Shown here: positions 49,240 to 60,169 of the stretch, piece by piece
How the letters are laid out: the number at the start of each line of letters is the position of its first letter
Position numbering within the stretch: position 1 is the first letter of the stretch
From: Promethearchaeota archaeon
Lineage (GTDB): Archaea > Asgardarchaeota > Lokiarchaeia > Sigyniarchaeales > SOKP01
Assembly (NCBI GenBank): GCA_030599585.1
Contig: JAUVNS010000011.1
Location: forward strand, 137,061 to 201,060
Direction: 5' to 3'
Length of the DNA: 64,000 nt
Made by a program: the position numbers and the translations under genes
Notes under the pieces: generated by a model
Seen by the model: only the letters and a program-made list of their open reading frames with translations
Told to the model about the DNA's origin: nothing
Databases searched by the model: none

Positions 49240-50127
49240 GTGGTAATAAAATCAGAAATTAGTAACATATCAAATTCATGTCCAGAATGTAAAGGTAAGA
49301 CAATATCAATTCAGGAAAAAGGAGAAATTGTATGTCGTCAATGTGGTTTGGTTGTAAGTGAAAGAATATTAGATATATCCCATAGTGGTAAACGAGCTTT
49401 CACAAAACAGGAGAAAGAAAGAAGAGAGAGAACGGGATCTCCTATTTCAATTCTATTACCTGATATGGGGTTAAGTACTATTATTGACAAAAATAATATA
49501 AGAAATCCTGATTTAAAAAGAGCTGCTAAATGGAATTCTCGCATGACATGGGATAAAAGAAACATGTTAATTGCTACTACTGAACTAAAAAGAATTGCAA
49601 GCAATTTAAATTTGCCAACTCATATAAAAAAAGCAGCTATTAAATTGTATATTGAAGCATTTAAGAAAAAATTACTTCGCGGTAGATCAATCAACGGTAT
49701 GGTCGCTGCTTGCTTGTATTTTGCTTGTAGAGAACGAAAAATCCCTAGAACACTTCAAGAAATATTAGATCAAACATCTGTTAATGCAAAAAATGTTAGA
49801 AGGTGTTATAGAACAATAATAAGAGAGCTAAATTTAAAAGCACCGTCCACTAACCCTATTTCTCTCATACCCAGATTTGTGGCAGAACTGGGATTAGATG
49901 CTGAAACTGAACAAATCACGATCAAGATTTTACAATCTTTTATCTCAAAATATTCAACAAGTGGTAAAGATCCGAAGGGATTATGCGCAGGAGCATTATA
50001 TTTAGTATGCAAAAAGAGAGACAAGAGGATTTCTCAAAAAGATATAGCAAATGTAGTAGGAGTAACAGAAGTTACTTTACGTTCTAGGTATAAAGAATTG
50101 ATTGATAAATTAAATATTGAAATATAA
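49240..50127 (+). CDS. tfb: Transcription initiation factor IIB
   Basis: Zn ribbon CPEC/CRQC, RGRS, PRTL, GKDP and VTEVTLRSRYKEL motifs. Confidence 0.95.
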   Translation: MVIKSEISNISNSCPECKGKTISIQEKGEIVCRQCGLVVSERILDISHSGKRAFTKQEKERRERTGSPISILLPDMGLSTIIDKNNIRNPDLKRAAKWNSRMTWDKRNMLIATTELKRIASNLNLPTHIKKAAIKLYIEAFKKKLLRGRSINGMVAACLYFACRERKIPRTLQEILDQTSVNAKNVRRCYRTIIRELNLKAPSTNPISLIPRFVAELGLDAETEQITIKILQSFISKYSTSGKDPKGLCAGALYLVCKKRDKRISQKDIANVVGVTEVTLRSRYKELIDKLNIEI

Positions 50128-50133
50128 TTTTTT

Positions 50134-50715
50134 TTAATTTTCTTTTTGTAAAAGTAGTTTAATAAAGTCAGGAAGCGTTAAGAGATAACTTTGTGCATTG
50201 GGGAGTTGTTCTTTAATTTTCATAAAGAGTTGAGAATAATGTTCTGCTCGATCTTTTTGTTTTAATACTTCATTTCTCGATTGTTCCCTTATAGGCTCAA
50301 CCGGAATTCCCCGCAATACTGATCTAGCGGGAATTGTTAAACCTGGAGGTATCTGACTATTTTTTATAATGATAGAACCTTCCCCAATTGAACTTTCTTC
50401 ATAAATAAGACTCCCCTCCATAATTTGTATGTAATCTTCCATAAAGCACCCTAATATCGTTACTCCCGATTCAATTATGCAATAACGCCCAATATTAATT
50501 GAACTTTTTTGAGATCTCGTAAACATCATCACACCGTTAAAAACGGTAGTATACTCCCCGATATTAATTTTTGAGTTTTCAGCTCGAATTATTGAGCCAG
50601 GCCAAATAATTGCATTATCTTTTACAGTAACATCGCCAATTAGAGTTGCTAGTGGAGATACATAACAATTATCACTAATATTAGGGCTTCTTCCGTTATA
50701 TTCAAGTATTACCAT
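50134..50715 (-). CDS. Gamma-carbonic-anhydrase-like left-handed beta-helix protein (His ligands absent)
   Basis: ATLIGDV, IWPGSIIRAE and G.P motifs; hexapeptide repeats. Confidence 0.8.
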   Translation of the reverse strand: MVILEYNGRSPNISDNCYVSPLATLIGDVTVKDNAIIWPGSIIRAENSKINIGEYTTVFNGVMMFTRSQKSSINIGRYCIIESGVTILGCFMEDYIQIMEGSLIYEESSIGEGSIIIKNSQIPPGLTIPARSVLRGIPVEPIREQSRNEVLKQKDRAEHYSQLFMKIKEQLPNAQSYLLTLPDFIKLLLQKEN

Positions 50716-50865
50716 TGTTCTTCAACTATGTTTTTATTATTTAAACTGAAAAAAAGGTAAAATTCAAACCATTTAAATTTAATTAAATTACCAAGTTAAA
50801 TAATCTCTTTTCTTAATAATGAAATTCTACAACTTCATAAATTCTAGATACTTTAGAATTTCAAG

Positions 50866-51681
50866 TTAATTAAAAACATTTATAGGATTTCTTGATTCAA
50901 AAAAATAAAAATCATCGCGAGGAAATTCTAAACTCAGAATATTATGCATTTTTTTCAAAGCTACGATGTTACAGTTATAGAGAGATATTCCTATTAAGTT
51001 TAGACGGGATTCTTTAGCGTAATTAGCAATTTGATGATCAAAATAACCAGAAATATAACAATCACATCCGTATTTTAATGCCTTCCGGAGATAACTTCTA
51101 TTTAATTTATCGCTCCCTACAATACAAATTTTCTTAACTTCTGAATTTAATTCACCTACGAATAAAATGTCTTCAACTTCTAGATTAGACTTAGTTCTTC
51201 TAAGTAAATTGTCTAAAGTCATAATTTTGTTGTTCTCTGTATAAAAATTTGGGACACAAATTCTACCTAACGGAATAGATACGCCCCTATTGTTTTTAAC
51301 ATTAAATATTTGATCCAATTTTAAATAGAGCGATTCCATAATAGTATCCGAAACACCTCCCTCAGCGGCTATAAAAGTTGAGTTTAAAATAAAAATCAAC
51401 AAGGGATATCTAGATAATAAATTTAATTTGTTAATCAATATTTGGTTAAAATGAGTGATAGGGTTATTACTCAAGTTGTAGAGAGAGATAATGAGGTTTA
51501 TTTTATTCTTTATTGCATAATGAATTGATTCCAGGCTTAAATCAACCGTAAACAATATTTTTTTAATATATTTCTTACTGTTGATTTGTCCGTAATATAA
51601 TCCGTAATATTCAGAATCAATCCTATAATTTTTAGGAGATAATTTGTTTTCAATTATTAATTCAATCTCATCAAAAAACAT
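50866..51681 (-). CDS. Nif3-like protein (degenerate metal site)
   Basis: KILFTVDL, LGRI, VKKICIVGS and CDCYISG motifs. Confidence 0.75.
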   Translation of the reverse strand: MFFDEIELIIENKLSPKNYRIDSEYYGLYYGQINSKKYIKKILFTVDLSLESIHYAIKNKINLIISLYNLSNNPITHFNQILINKLNLLSRYPLLIFILNSTFIAAEGGVSDTIMESLYLKLDQIFNVKNNRGVSIPLGRICVPNFYTENNKIMTLDNLLRRTKSNLEVEDILFVGELNSEVKKICIVGSDKLNRSYLRKALKYGCDCYISGYFDHQIANYAKESRLNLIGISLYNCNIVALKKMHNILSLEFPRDDFYFFESRNPINVFN

Positions 51682-51801
51682 TCAAATCATACCCTACTAT
51701 GTAATCTTTAAGATTTAAATAAACCAAAAAAATTAAAAGGCTGTGAAGGTTTTTTAAAGTTTATAATTTTTAATCATTATTAATATAATTATGGTGAATG
51801 A

Positions 51802-52236
51802 GTGGAGTTATTGTTGAGTAACGATGATTGCTTATTTTGTAAAATAATAGCAAAAAAAATTCCTTCCAAAATTTTGTATGAAAATAATGATACGATCGCA
51901 TTTCTAGATATTTTTCCAATATCTCAGGGTCATACTATTGTAATTCCTAAAAAGCATTATACTAATCTAGAAACCATCCCGATAAAGGAATTATATGAAG
52001 TTATGGGGACTGTCAAAATTGTATCTAATTTGATTTATAATAATTTGGATATTGATGGTTACAACATATTGCAAAATAACTATAAGGCTGCTGGCCAAGT
52101 AATTAATCACTTTCATATTCATATAATTCCTAGGAGTGATGCTGATGGAAAATTCAAATTATTAATCCCTAGAGAACAAGCAACTGAAGAAGAACTCAGT
52201 TTAACGCTAAAAATTATTAGCGATTCATATATGTAG
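51802..52236 (+). CDS. HIT family hydrolase
   Basis: CLFCKI, GHTIVIPK and HFHIHIIPR motifs. Confidence 0.93.
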   Translation: MELLLSNDDCLFCKIIAKKIPSKILYENNDTIAFLDIFPISQGHTIVIPKKHYTNLETIPIKELYEVMGTVKIVSNLIYNNLDIDGYNILQNNYKAAGQVINHFHIHIIPRSDADGKFKLLIPREQATEEELSLTLKIISDSYM

Positions 52237-52291
52237 CTTTTTAGTTTAGTTTAAAAAGCTATTTTGGTATTGTAATGCAAATAAGGTTCTT

Positions 52292-52519
52292 TTGAGTATG
52301 AAAAAGAAGAAATTCATTAAAAAGAAAATCACTTTAAGTAAAATAAAAGATTTCTTCTCAGACGAGTATGGTGGTAATCTAATAGAATATGCTCTTTTAA
52401 TTGGATTAGCTTTATTTATTTTCTTTATAATTGTCGGAGTTATGACATCTTTGCTAGATTGGCCTTTAGACTTAGTAAATAATTTTTGGGAAGATTTTGG
52501 TGCGATACTTAAAAACTGA
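52292..52519 (+). CDS. Flp/Tad-like pilin
   Basis: Basic leader, FFSDEYG|GNLIEYALL with E+5/Y+6, then a hydrophobic helix. Confidence 0.7.
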   Translation: MSMKKKKFIKKKITLSKIKDFFSDEYGGNLIEYALLIGLALFIFFIIVGVMTSLLDWPLDLVNNFWEDFGAILKN

Positions 52520-52581
52520 TTTCTTTAAATCATAAGATTTTTGTTATTAAATTGCGCAAACTAAAGAAGAATAAATAGATT

Positions 52582-52956
52582 TTATTCCAGATCTTTTATA
52601 ACAAGGTTTTCTATGATTTTAATATTATATTTTTCCGTCCATATATGAATATTCTCCATAACCAACTTTTTATCGACTTGAAGAAAATTTATAAAGTCAG
52701 TAAAAGGTATTTTATCAGCACCTTTAAATAAATTCTTTATTTTTTCGTTAATTATTGCGTCATTAGGAGGGAATAATTCTCTTTTTTTTGCTTTCATTTT
52801 TTCTATAACATCGTCAAATCTACCGTAATCAAAAAAATGATCCACAATTCTGCTAATCACTGAAGCAGGAGTACTTCCAAAAACCCCTACTAATCCTTTT
52901 ACTTCATTCATACTTATTTTACTTAAAGTTACCGTTGTCCGTGTAGTTTCAGTCAT
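52582..52956 (-). CDS. Putative ribbon-helix-helix DNA-binding protein
   Basis: N-terminal RTTVTLS strand followed by two helices. Confidence 0.55.
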   Translation of the reverse strand: MTETTRTTVTLSKISMNEVKGLVGVFGSTPASVISRIVDHFFDYGRFDDVIEKMKAKKRELFPPNDAIINEKIKNLFKGADKIPFTDFINFLQVDKKLVMENIHIWTEKYNIKIIENLVIKDLE

Positions 52957-53179
52957 TTTAATGTTGGTTTAGCTTTGTTTCATAAATATAAAATAATTTT
53001 GTCGTTTTTAAGTTTATGTTTATTGATGATAATAATGCATAAATAAGCATCTTTATATAAAACTCGGTACTATAATATATTATAACAACAGGCACTGTCG
53101 TATGTGTTAAAATGTCGAAAAATTGTCGAATACATTAATGAAATAGAGTAAAATAAAATAAAAAATGGAGGAATAAATT

Positions 53180-53434
53180 ATGGTAAACACCGTTATAAAC
53201 AATAGCGATTTTAATTCAAAAGAGTATTTAACTCCAATTCAGAGTAATTTGATTAATAAATTACGAAATTTTGGACCTACTACGCGTAAGGATTTAGTTA
53301 AAATACTAAATAGCCCCAGAACCACTATTTACGATAATCTTTTAAAGCTACAAAAAAGAAAACTTATCGAAAAGTTCACAAGAAACAATGGGATGAGAGG
53401 TAGACCATTAGTTTTTTGGAAAGTTAAGGAATAA
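53180..53434 (+). CDS. Winged-helix transcriptional regulator (TrmB-like)
   Basis: PRTTIYDNLLKL...RGRP; GGAGG SD. Confidence 0.8.
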   Translation: MVNTVINNSDFNSKEYLTPIQSNLINKLRNFGPTTRKDLVKILNSPRTTIYDNLLKLQKRKLIEKFTRNNGMRGRPLVFWKVKE

Positions 53435-53701
53435 AAAAAAAAAACTTCTTCTTATTAATGACATTAACTTTTTAATAAAAGACAATAACCCCAATATTTC
53501 CACTGCAAAAACAGAAACTAAACAAAAAAAGAAAAAATTTCTATATTATAACTAAACAAGCCCCAGCTTTAAATTATTTATTAATATTTAAATTCTATTA
53601 TTAACAATTTTAGTTTAACTTATAAAATTTTAAGTTATTAATAATTTCCAATGGAAAAATAGGAGTAAATAGCTTTAAGGAATATTAAAATTCCAATTTA
53701 T

Positions 53702-55510
53702 TTATTGAGGAATGTAGTAGTATTCGTTTATTCTTTTTTGATAAGTATCTTTTGTACTTCCTATCTTATTAACTCGAGGTCTTTTTGTTTCTTTTTCTCT
53801 TCTAAAGGTGATTCCCATCATTTTCAAAAATAAATTAAACCCATCTCTCAAATTTAATGGAGCTAGGGCTCTTCCTTCTATACCTGGAGTTCCTTCAAAT
53901 ACTAAGATCGAGTCTGCTATAAAATCTTGTGTGATGATGTCATGTTCTACAACGAATGCTGATTTTTTTAAATCTTCTATTGATTTTCGTAATAATTGTG
54001 CAACTGTTAATCTCATTTCTATATCTAAAAAAGCAGATGGTTCATCCAATAAATAAATATCAGCTTCGGTAGACAGGCAATCGGCAATTGTTACTCGCTG
54101 TAATTCGCCACCACTTAATTCAGACATCTTTCTATCTTTAATATTGTCGAGTTTAAGGCTATTTATTAATCGTTTTTTATACGGTTGGCTAAGATAAGGA
54201 GCTGATCTAATTTTAGTTAATGTGTCAGAAACTAATTTAGATTCATCTATTTTAATGTATTGAGGTTTTAAAGAAATTTTAAGATTTTTTTCATCAAAAC
54301 TATTAATTTTTTCATCAGATATGATTTTCTTAGCAATTAAATCGATAAATGTTGACTTTCCAATTCCGTTAGGCCCTAAAATTCCTAGAATTTCACCAGC
54401 ATGGACTTCACTCCCCGTTACTGTCAAGTGAAAGTCTCCAAGAGTTTTTTCTAAATTTTCATAAGAAAAAATACTTGCGCCAGTATCAAATAAAGAATCA
54501 ATTGGGGGTCTTTCGTGAAATTTAATTGGTTCATCTCTAATTCTTACATTTTCATCTTTAATATATCCATTCAAATAGATGTTAATTCCTACTCTTACAC
54601 CTTGCGGATGGGAAATAATACCATACGCTCCAGGAACTCCATAAAATAAGGATATGTAATCGCTTAAATAATCTAATATCGCTAAATCATGCTCTACAAC
54701 TACAACAGTTTTGTTGTCGTCAGAAAGACTTCTGATCAATTTAGCCATATTTATTCTTTCACTAACATCTAAGTAAGAACTAGGCTCGTCAATAAGGTAT
54801 ACATCAGCATCTTTCAAGTAAGCAGCAGCAATTGCTACCCTTTGAACCTCTCCTCCAGAAAGAACTGATAGTTTTCTATCAAGAATGCCATTGAGATTTA
54901 GATCTTGAACGATATTATCTAAAAGATCATTTACATCATTTTTTTTAAGGAGATCATAGACTTTACCAACTACATGTTTAGGAATAAGGTTAATATTTTG
55001 AGGTTTATGAACAACTTTCAATTTTTGATCAAATAAGTCTAAGAAATATTGTTGTAGTTCTGAACCTTTAAAAAAATTAACTACGGCGTCATTATTTGGA
55101 ATATCTTCATTAAATTTACCCAAATTTATTTTCAGATCTCCTGAAAGAATCGATAACATCGTACTTTTTCCAATTCCATTTTGACCAATTAGTCCTAAAA
55201 CTTTTCCTTTCTTAGGAATTGCCATTCGAAATAAAGAGAATTGATCTGGACCATATCGATAAGTTATCTGATTTTTCAAAGGATCTGGTAAGTTAATAAT
55301 GCTTATCGCATTGAATGGGCATTTTTTTATACAGATACCGCATCCAGTGCAAAGACTCTCAGTAATTTCAACATACTTCCCATTAGGGCTTAATACTATT
55401 GTTTCATCTCCTGTTCTTACTTTTGGACAGTATTTAATGCATGGTTTTACACCAAATGGACTACATTTATCAGGCTTGCAGCGATCTTTACTAAGTACGG
55501 CGATTCTCAA
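53702..55510 (-). CDS. rli: Ribosome recycling ATPase ABCE1/RLI
   Basis: N-terminal Fe-S Cys motifs, two ABC cassettes, GITFRR and RPRVNK. Confidence 0.96.
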   Translation of the reverse strand: MRIAVLSKDRCKPDKCSPFGVKPCIKYCPKVRTGDETIVLSPNGKYVEITESLCTGCGICIKKCPFNAISIINLPDPLKNQITYRYGPDQFSLFRMAIPKKGKVLGLIGQNGIGKSTMLSILSGDLKINLGKFNEDIPNNDAVVNFFKGSELQQYFLDLFDQKLKVVHKPQNINLIPKHVVGKVYDLLKKNDVNDLLDNIVQDLNLNGILDRKLSVLSGGEVQRVAIAAAYLKDADVYLIDEPSSYLDVSERINMAKLIRSLSDDNKTVVVVEHDLAILDYLSDYISLFYGVPGAYGIISHPQGVRVGINIYLNGYIKDENVRIRDEPIKFHERPPIDSLFDTGASIFSYENLEKTLGDFHLTVTGSEVHAGEILGILGPNGIGKSTFIDLIAKKIISDEKINSFDEKNLKISLKPQYIKIDESKLVSDTLTKIRSAPYLSQPYKKRLINSLKLDNIKDRKMSELSGGELQRVTIADCLSTEADIYLLDEPSAFLDIEMRLTVAQLLRKSIEDLKKSAFVVEHDIITQDFIADSILVFEGTPGIEGRALAPLNLRDGFNLFLKMMGITFRREKETKRPRVNKIGSTKDTYQKRINEYYYIPQ

Positions 55511-55596
55511 GACTATTTCACCACTAATAAAAATGAAAAATGATAAATAATTTTTATGCTTTACTCAGTTAAAGTTTTGTTAAGTAGTGAAAATAA

Positions 55597-57309
55597 TTGA
55601 TAAATAAAGTGCCTGCTCACTGGCTTGAAGAAACAGTGGAAAAAATATCTAAAAGAAATTTAACAGAATTTACTTTTTCCACCGGTAAAACACCCTCAGG
55701 ACACGTACACATAGGAATCTTAAGAGAGATAATCATTTGCGATGCTTTAAAGAGAATTTTTGAGAAAAGAGGAGCTAAAGTCTTATTTTATTTATTCATG
55801 GACGATTTTGATGCTGCTAAAAGATTTCCGGATTACATAGATACAAAATATCAAGAGAATTATTTAGGTAAACCATTTGCACTTATACCCTGTCCTTTCG
55901 AAGATTGTGGATGTGAAAGCTACGCTCGTCATTTTGGAAATGAATTAATTTCAACATTCGAAAACTTTGGGATAAAAAATAAAATTATCTGGACATATGA
56001 TTTATATCAAAAAAGAGAAATGCAAGAAAAAATAAGAATTGCTCTTGAGAATACTGATAAAATTAAAGAAATATTAAAAAAATATATATATCCAACACTG
56101 GATAACGATCGAAAACAGTTATTTATTGATATGCAAAAAACTTGGATACCTGCCATGGTTATCTGTGATGAATGCAATAAAATACAGTATAAAGCCACGG
56201 ACGGAACCATTCAGCCAAATAGGGTTATCAAGTATCTAAACGAAGAACGAAAAGTTTTGTACGAATGCCCTGGATGCGGTTATAAAGGAAAAAATTCTAT
56301 TTATAGCGGTAAATTAAAACTTAATTGGAGAGTCGATTGGCCTGCAAAATGGGCTTTATTTAATGCAACATGTGAACCTGCTGGTAAAGATCATAGCGTA
56401 AAAGGAGGAGCATATGACACGGGGATAGAAATATGTCAAAAAGTTTATGATTATGAAGGTCCAATTAAACTTCCCTATGAATGGTTAAGATTAGGAAATA
56501 AAGATATGAAGACATCTAAAGGTATTGTTTTTACTCCTAAACAGTACATGGAATTAGCCGATCCAGAAATTTACCGAATGTTGATATTGAGAACAAATCC
56601 AATGAAACATATTTCTCTGAGGATGGAAGAAATCCCTCAATATCAAGACTACTACGAAAAAATGGAAAATATTTTTTATGGGGTAGAGGAACCTGAATCC
56701 AAGGAAGAATACGATTTTTACAAATATCTATATCCTTTGACCAAGGTAATTAATGTTCCAGAGATTAAACCAATCAGAATTCCTTTAAAACTATTAACTT
56801 TCCTTTCTCAAATGCAGAATATTTTGAGTTTAGATAAATTATATGAAAAAGTAATTTCATCTTTAAAGGTTAATAATAACGAAAAAACGATTTCAATAGA
56901 TGAGTTTAAAGTTTTATTAAAAAGAACAGAAAAATGGATTAAAGAAATCAAAAATGAATTAACTAAAATAACGGATCACAAAATAAAAAGAAATATCCAG
57001 AACAAAATCGAAATCTTTACAATTCCTAAAACAATTGACAAAAAACTCATCAATAATTTATCCGATGATCAAATTAACGGCTTAAAAAAATTCCGAGAAT
57101 ATTTAGCTGATAACGACGATCTCGATGCTGATTCAATACAAAATAAAATATTTACTATTGCCAAAAAGGAATTAGAAATTCCGCCTAGAAAATTATTTGA
57201 AGCTTTTTATCTCGTCCTTTTAGGTTCGAAATCTGGGCCAAGATTAGGACCTTTTATTCAAATGTTAGACAAAACATGGTTGATGGATAGACTAAATCAA
57301 TTATTATAA
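55597..57309 (+). CDS. lysS: Lysyl-tRNA synthetase, class I
   Basis: TPSGHVHIG, WRVDWPAKW, GKDH, MKTSKG and GPRLG motifs. Confidence 0.96.
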   Translation: MINKVPAHWLEETVEKISKRNLTEFTFSTGKTPSGHVHIGILREIIICDALKRIFEKRGAKVLFYLFMDDFDAAKRFPDYIDTKYQENYLGKPFALIPCPFEDCGCESYARHFGNELISTFENFGIKNKIIWTYDLYQKREMQEKIRIALENTDKIKEILKKYIYPTLDNDRKQLFIDMQKTWIPAMVICDECNKIQYKATDGTIQPNRVIKYLNEERKVLYECPGCGYKGKNSIYSGKLKLNWRVDWPAKWALFNATCEPAGKDHSVKGGAYDTGIEICQKVYDYEGPIKLPYEWLRLGNKDMKTSKGIVFTPKQYMELADPEIYRMLILRTNPMKHISLRMEEIPQYQDYYEKMENIFYGVEEPESKEEYDFYKYLYPLTKVINVPEIKPIRIPLKLLTFLSQMQNILSLDKLYEKVISSLKVNNNEKTISIDEFKVLLKRTEKWIKEIKNELTKITDHKIKRNIQNKIEIFTIPKTIDKKLINNLSDDQINGLKKFREYLADNDDLDADSIQNKIFTIAKKELEIPPRKLFEAFYLVLLGSKSGPRLGPFIQMLDKTWLMDRLNQLL

Positions 57310-57330
57310 TAACTAGCTAGAAAGAATTCT

Positions 57331-57516
57331 TCAATCAGATTCTTCTTTCCTCTTTCTAAATTTGAACCATTTCTTTCTTTTCTTTTCTTGCAGAGTAGTA
57401 TAGCATTCAGAACAATAAGTGAGACCCTCTTCAATCATTTTATCACATTTCTTACAGTGTTTATGAGGATCAATATATTTAACTGATTGTTTTTTGTATC
57501 TTTCGTATTTACTCAA
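57331..57516 (-). CDS. DUF2116-like Zn-ribbon protein
   Basis: PHKHCKKC...YCSEC. Confidence 0.7.
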   Translation of the reverse strand: MSKYERYKKQSVKYIDPHKHCKKCDKMIEEGLTYCSECYTTLQEKKRKKWFKFRKRKEESD

Positions 57517-57560
57517 TATAAATCTCCAATGTTGTAATAATTATTTATATAGTCGATAAA

Positions 57561-58820
57561 TTATAACTTTTTCACTCCGGGAACTATTTTAATTTTAAAA
57601 AATTGAGCATTCTTTAATTGATCCCTCGCTTCTAAGTGACACTCTGGAAAGAGAGACCGGTAATATTCCTCACTATTAATAATTTTATTCAATTCTTCTT
57701 TCCAGCTCAATAAAACAGTATCGATCTGATCTGGTTTTACAAGAGCAAATATCGATCCACCACCACCCGCTCCTGTTAATTTTGCGGCAAAAACATCTGA
57801 GTTGTGCTCAATTAGACGTATCAAAATATTATTAAATAACCCAATTCCATGCAAAAATCCAACATGTCTCATCAAATTATTCATAATAGCTGTGTTTTCC
57901 TTGAAATAATCTCCTAATTGTTTCCAATCATGTCTCATCAAAGCAAAACGTGATTTCCATGAAATTTCTGCAAGATTTTGGTAACCCTTTATGATTATGG
58001 GGTCCTCATCCAAATAATATCTCCTTAATTTTTCATGAACAACTCCACTTTCATGCCCTACCCCTGAAAAACAAATAATTATTGGTAAAGTTTTTATATT
58101 GTATGTTAAATCGATCCTATCGTATATTGCTAAAGGTTCCAACGAAATTTTCTTATGAAAAACTTTTCCAAAGTAGGAGCAAAATCCTAACCCCCCCCTC
58201 GCTATTACATATCGATCCCCATACCCCGCAGTTATTTTAAGATCCTGGTCTTCTACCTTTGTCGCGATTTCTGCTAAAATATCTCTGTTTATTGGAAACT
58301 CTCCCTTTTTTAGACTTATAAAGTTATTATATAAACCAAAATATTTTGCCAAGCCATACATAATCCCAATTACTATAGCTGCGCTCCCGCCCAAACCACT
58401 TTTTAGAGGGATAGTTGTAATTATTCCAATTTCAAAATTCTCTTTTTCAAATTTCTCCCTAAAAGCGAAATTTGTTTTGATTAACCGATAAATACTGGCA
58501 TAGAAGAGCTTAAATTCCCCATTTAATTTCTTCATTGAGTCATTTAAGTTCTTTTCGATCTTTTCTTCTTTTGAAACATAAATATTTAATTTACCACCAC
58601 CATCTAAATTTGAATAAAATTTTACTGAACTGAACATTTCCCTCTTTTTTATATAAACAAAAACAGATAGTGGGTTATCTAAACCATTGATTGCAGCTGA
58701 GGGCATCCAAAAATCGCCTTCAACAGCATCTAAAGGATTTATTAAGTTGATTCTTGCTGGGGCTTGAATTAAAATATCAGGGTTTAATCTTTTTATGAAA
58801 TCTAAAATCTGTTGTAACAT
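57561..58820 (-). CDS. GHMP kinase family (sugar kinase-like)
   Basis: APARI, PLKSGLGGSAA and AKLTGAGGGG motifs. Confidence 0.9.
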   Translation of the reverse strand: MLQQILDFIKRLNPDILIQAPARINLINPLDAVEGDFWMPSAAINGLDNPLSVFVYIKKREMFSSVKFYSNLDGGGKLNIYVSKEEKIEKNLNDSMKKLNGEFKLFYASIYRLIKTNFAFREKFEKENFEIGIITTIPLKSGLGGSAAIVIGIMYGLAKYFGLYNNFISLKKGEFPINRDILAEIATKVEDQDLKITAGYGDRYVIARGGLGFCSYFGKVFHKKISLEPLAIYDRIDLTYNIKTLPIIICFSGVGHESGVVHEKLRRYYLDEDPIIIKGYQNLAEISWKSRFALMRHDWKQLGDYFKENTAIMNNLMRHVGFLHGIGLFNNILIRLIEHNSDVFAAKLTGAGGGGSIFALVKPDQIDTVLLSWKEELNKIINSEEYYRSLFPECHLEARDQLKNAQFFKIKIVPGVKKL

Positions 58821-59032
58821 ATAATATCAACATGTTTTCTTGAGCATTAAAGATGATAACAAGCGATTTTAATTAAATATATTTTAAAAAGGGTCACTAA
58901 TAGTTTTTTCTACATTTCAAATCACCTAACTATTTTCAATACCATTTATGGTTAGTTATCCTGAAAGCGATCATTCCAGTCTACTAAACAAATATAATAA
59001 GTTTTTATAATTATATTAAAAAAAATATTGAA

Positions 59033-60169
59033 ATGGTTAAGAAGGGTAAATTTAAACTGTTTTCATTTTTGTTAGAAAATTATTTAATTTATTACAAAAG
59101 CATCAACAAGAGTAATAAGCTTATTGCTTTCTCTATTATCGAATGTGATAATTTTCTTAGAATTATTAAACCCCTCAATGAATTTTTGTTAAATAAATAT
59201 CTATTCTATTATTCTATTCAGCTTAATATTCCACAAAAAAGAAAAACTTTAATCATCATATCCCTTGTCGGTGAAAAAAGAAGCAATATTGATAAATTCT
59301 TTAATTTGATAAAAGAGCAAATAGATAATATTGACAAATCTGTCTCGTTTTTAAAAAATCGCAAATTAAAAAGGCATTTTTTAAATGTCCTATCAAATGA
59401 TATAAATGAAGGAGCAAATTCAATGAATCAACCGAATTCTTTAGTTTTGAAGTGTGGTAATAATTTAAAATTTATTCAAATTCATCAAATAGATTGTGAT
59501 AACTTAAAAAACCAAACGATTCCCTTACAAAGTTTACTGAAGGCTCTTAAAAATTTAAACCAAAAAGGGTATATGATTTTTAATGTAAGAACCAATAATC
59601 GCGAAGAAATTGAAACTAACGCATACTTTTTAGACATAAAATACGATTTAGACTCAAATGTTATTAACATAGATAAAGAAATAAACCAACTTTATGATTG
59701 TGAACTATTCAAGAAATCAAGTCCTAATATATCAAATCTATACCGTATATTATGGCGAGTAAATATTTCAGATAATTTTTATGCAATAAACAATGACTCT
59801 GACATCTTTTTTTCATTAAGTCATTTTAATTTTCAGGATATCTCTAAGTTTAACACTCAATTTGTTAGAAGCCTGCAATTGAACAAAATAGATTATTATC
59901 GACTAAAACCAAATCTTTTCTTTATTGAAGAGAAAATTTTATTTTTAATATTAGAGGATAATAATTTAAAAGAAATCAAAAAACTACTCGAAAATTTTTT
60001 CTCGCAATATTTCATATTTATTTTAATTTTAAATCAAAAAGAACATAGAAAACTAATTGAATCTAATGAAGTAGGTTTGTTGGATAATTTAAAAATTCTT
60101 AACTTTAAAGATTTTGCTATGCTTGATTTCTTGGAGCTACACAAAGAAAATTTATTAAAAAATACCTAA
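59033..60169 (+). CDS. Hypothetical protein
   Basis: 378-aa ORF; 3' end overlaps rpl23 convergently. Confidence 0.7.
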   Translation: MVKKGKFKLFSFLLENYLIYYKSINKSNKLIAFSIIECDNFLRIIKPLNEFLLNKYLFYYSIQLNIPQKRKTLIIISLVGEKRSNIDKFFNLIKEQIDNIDKSVSFLKNRKLKRHFLNVLSNDINEGANSMNQPNSLVLKCGNNLKFIQIHQIDCDNLKNQTIPLQSLLKALKNLNQKGYMIFNVRTNNREEIETNAYFLDIKYDLDSNVINIDKEINQLYDCELFKKSSPNISNLYRILWRVNISDNFYAINNDSDIFFSLSHFNFQDISKFNTQFVRSLQLNKIDYYRLKPNLFFIEEKILFLILEDNNLKEIKKLLENFFSQYFIFILILNQKEHRKLIESNEVGLLDNLKILNFKDFAMLDFLELHKENLLKNT

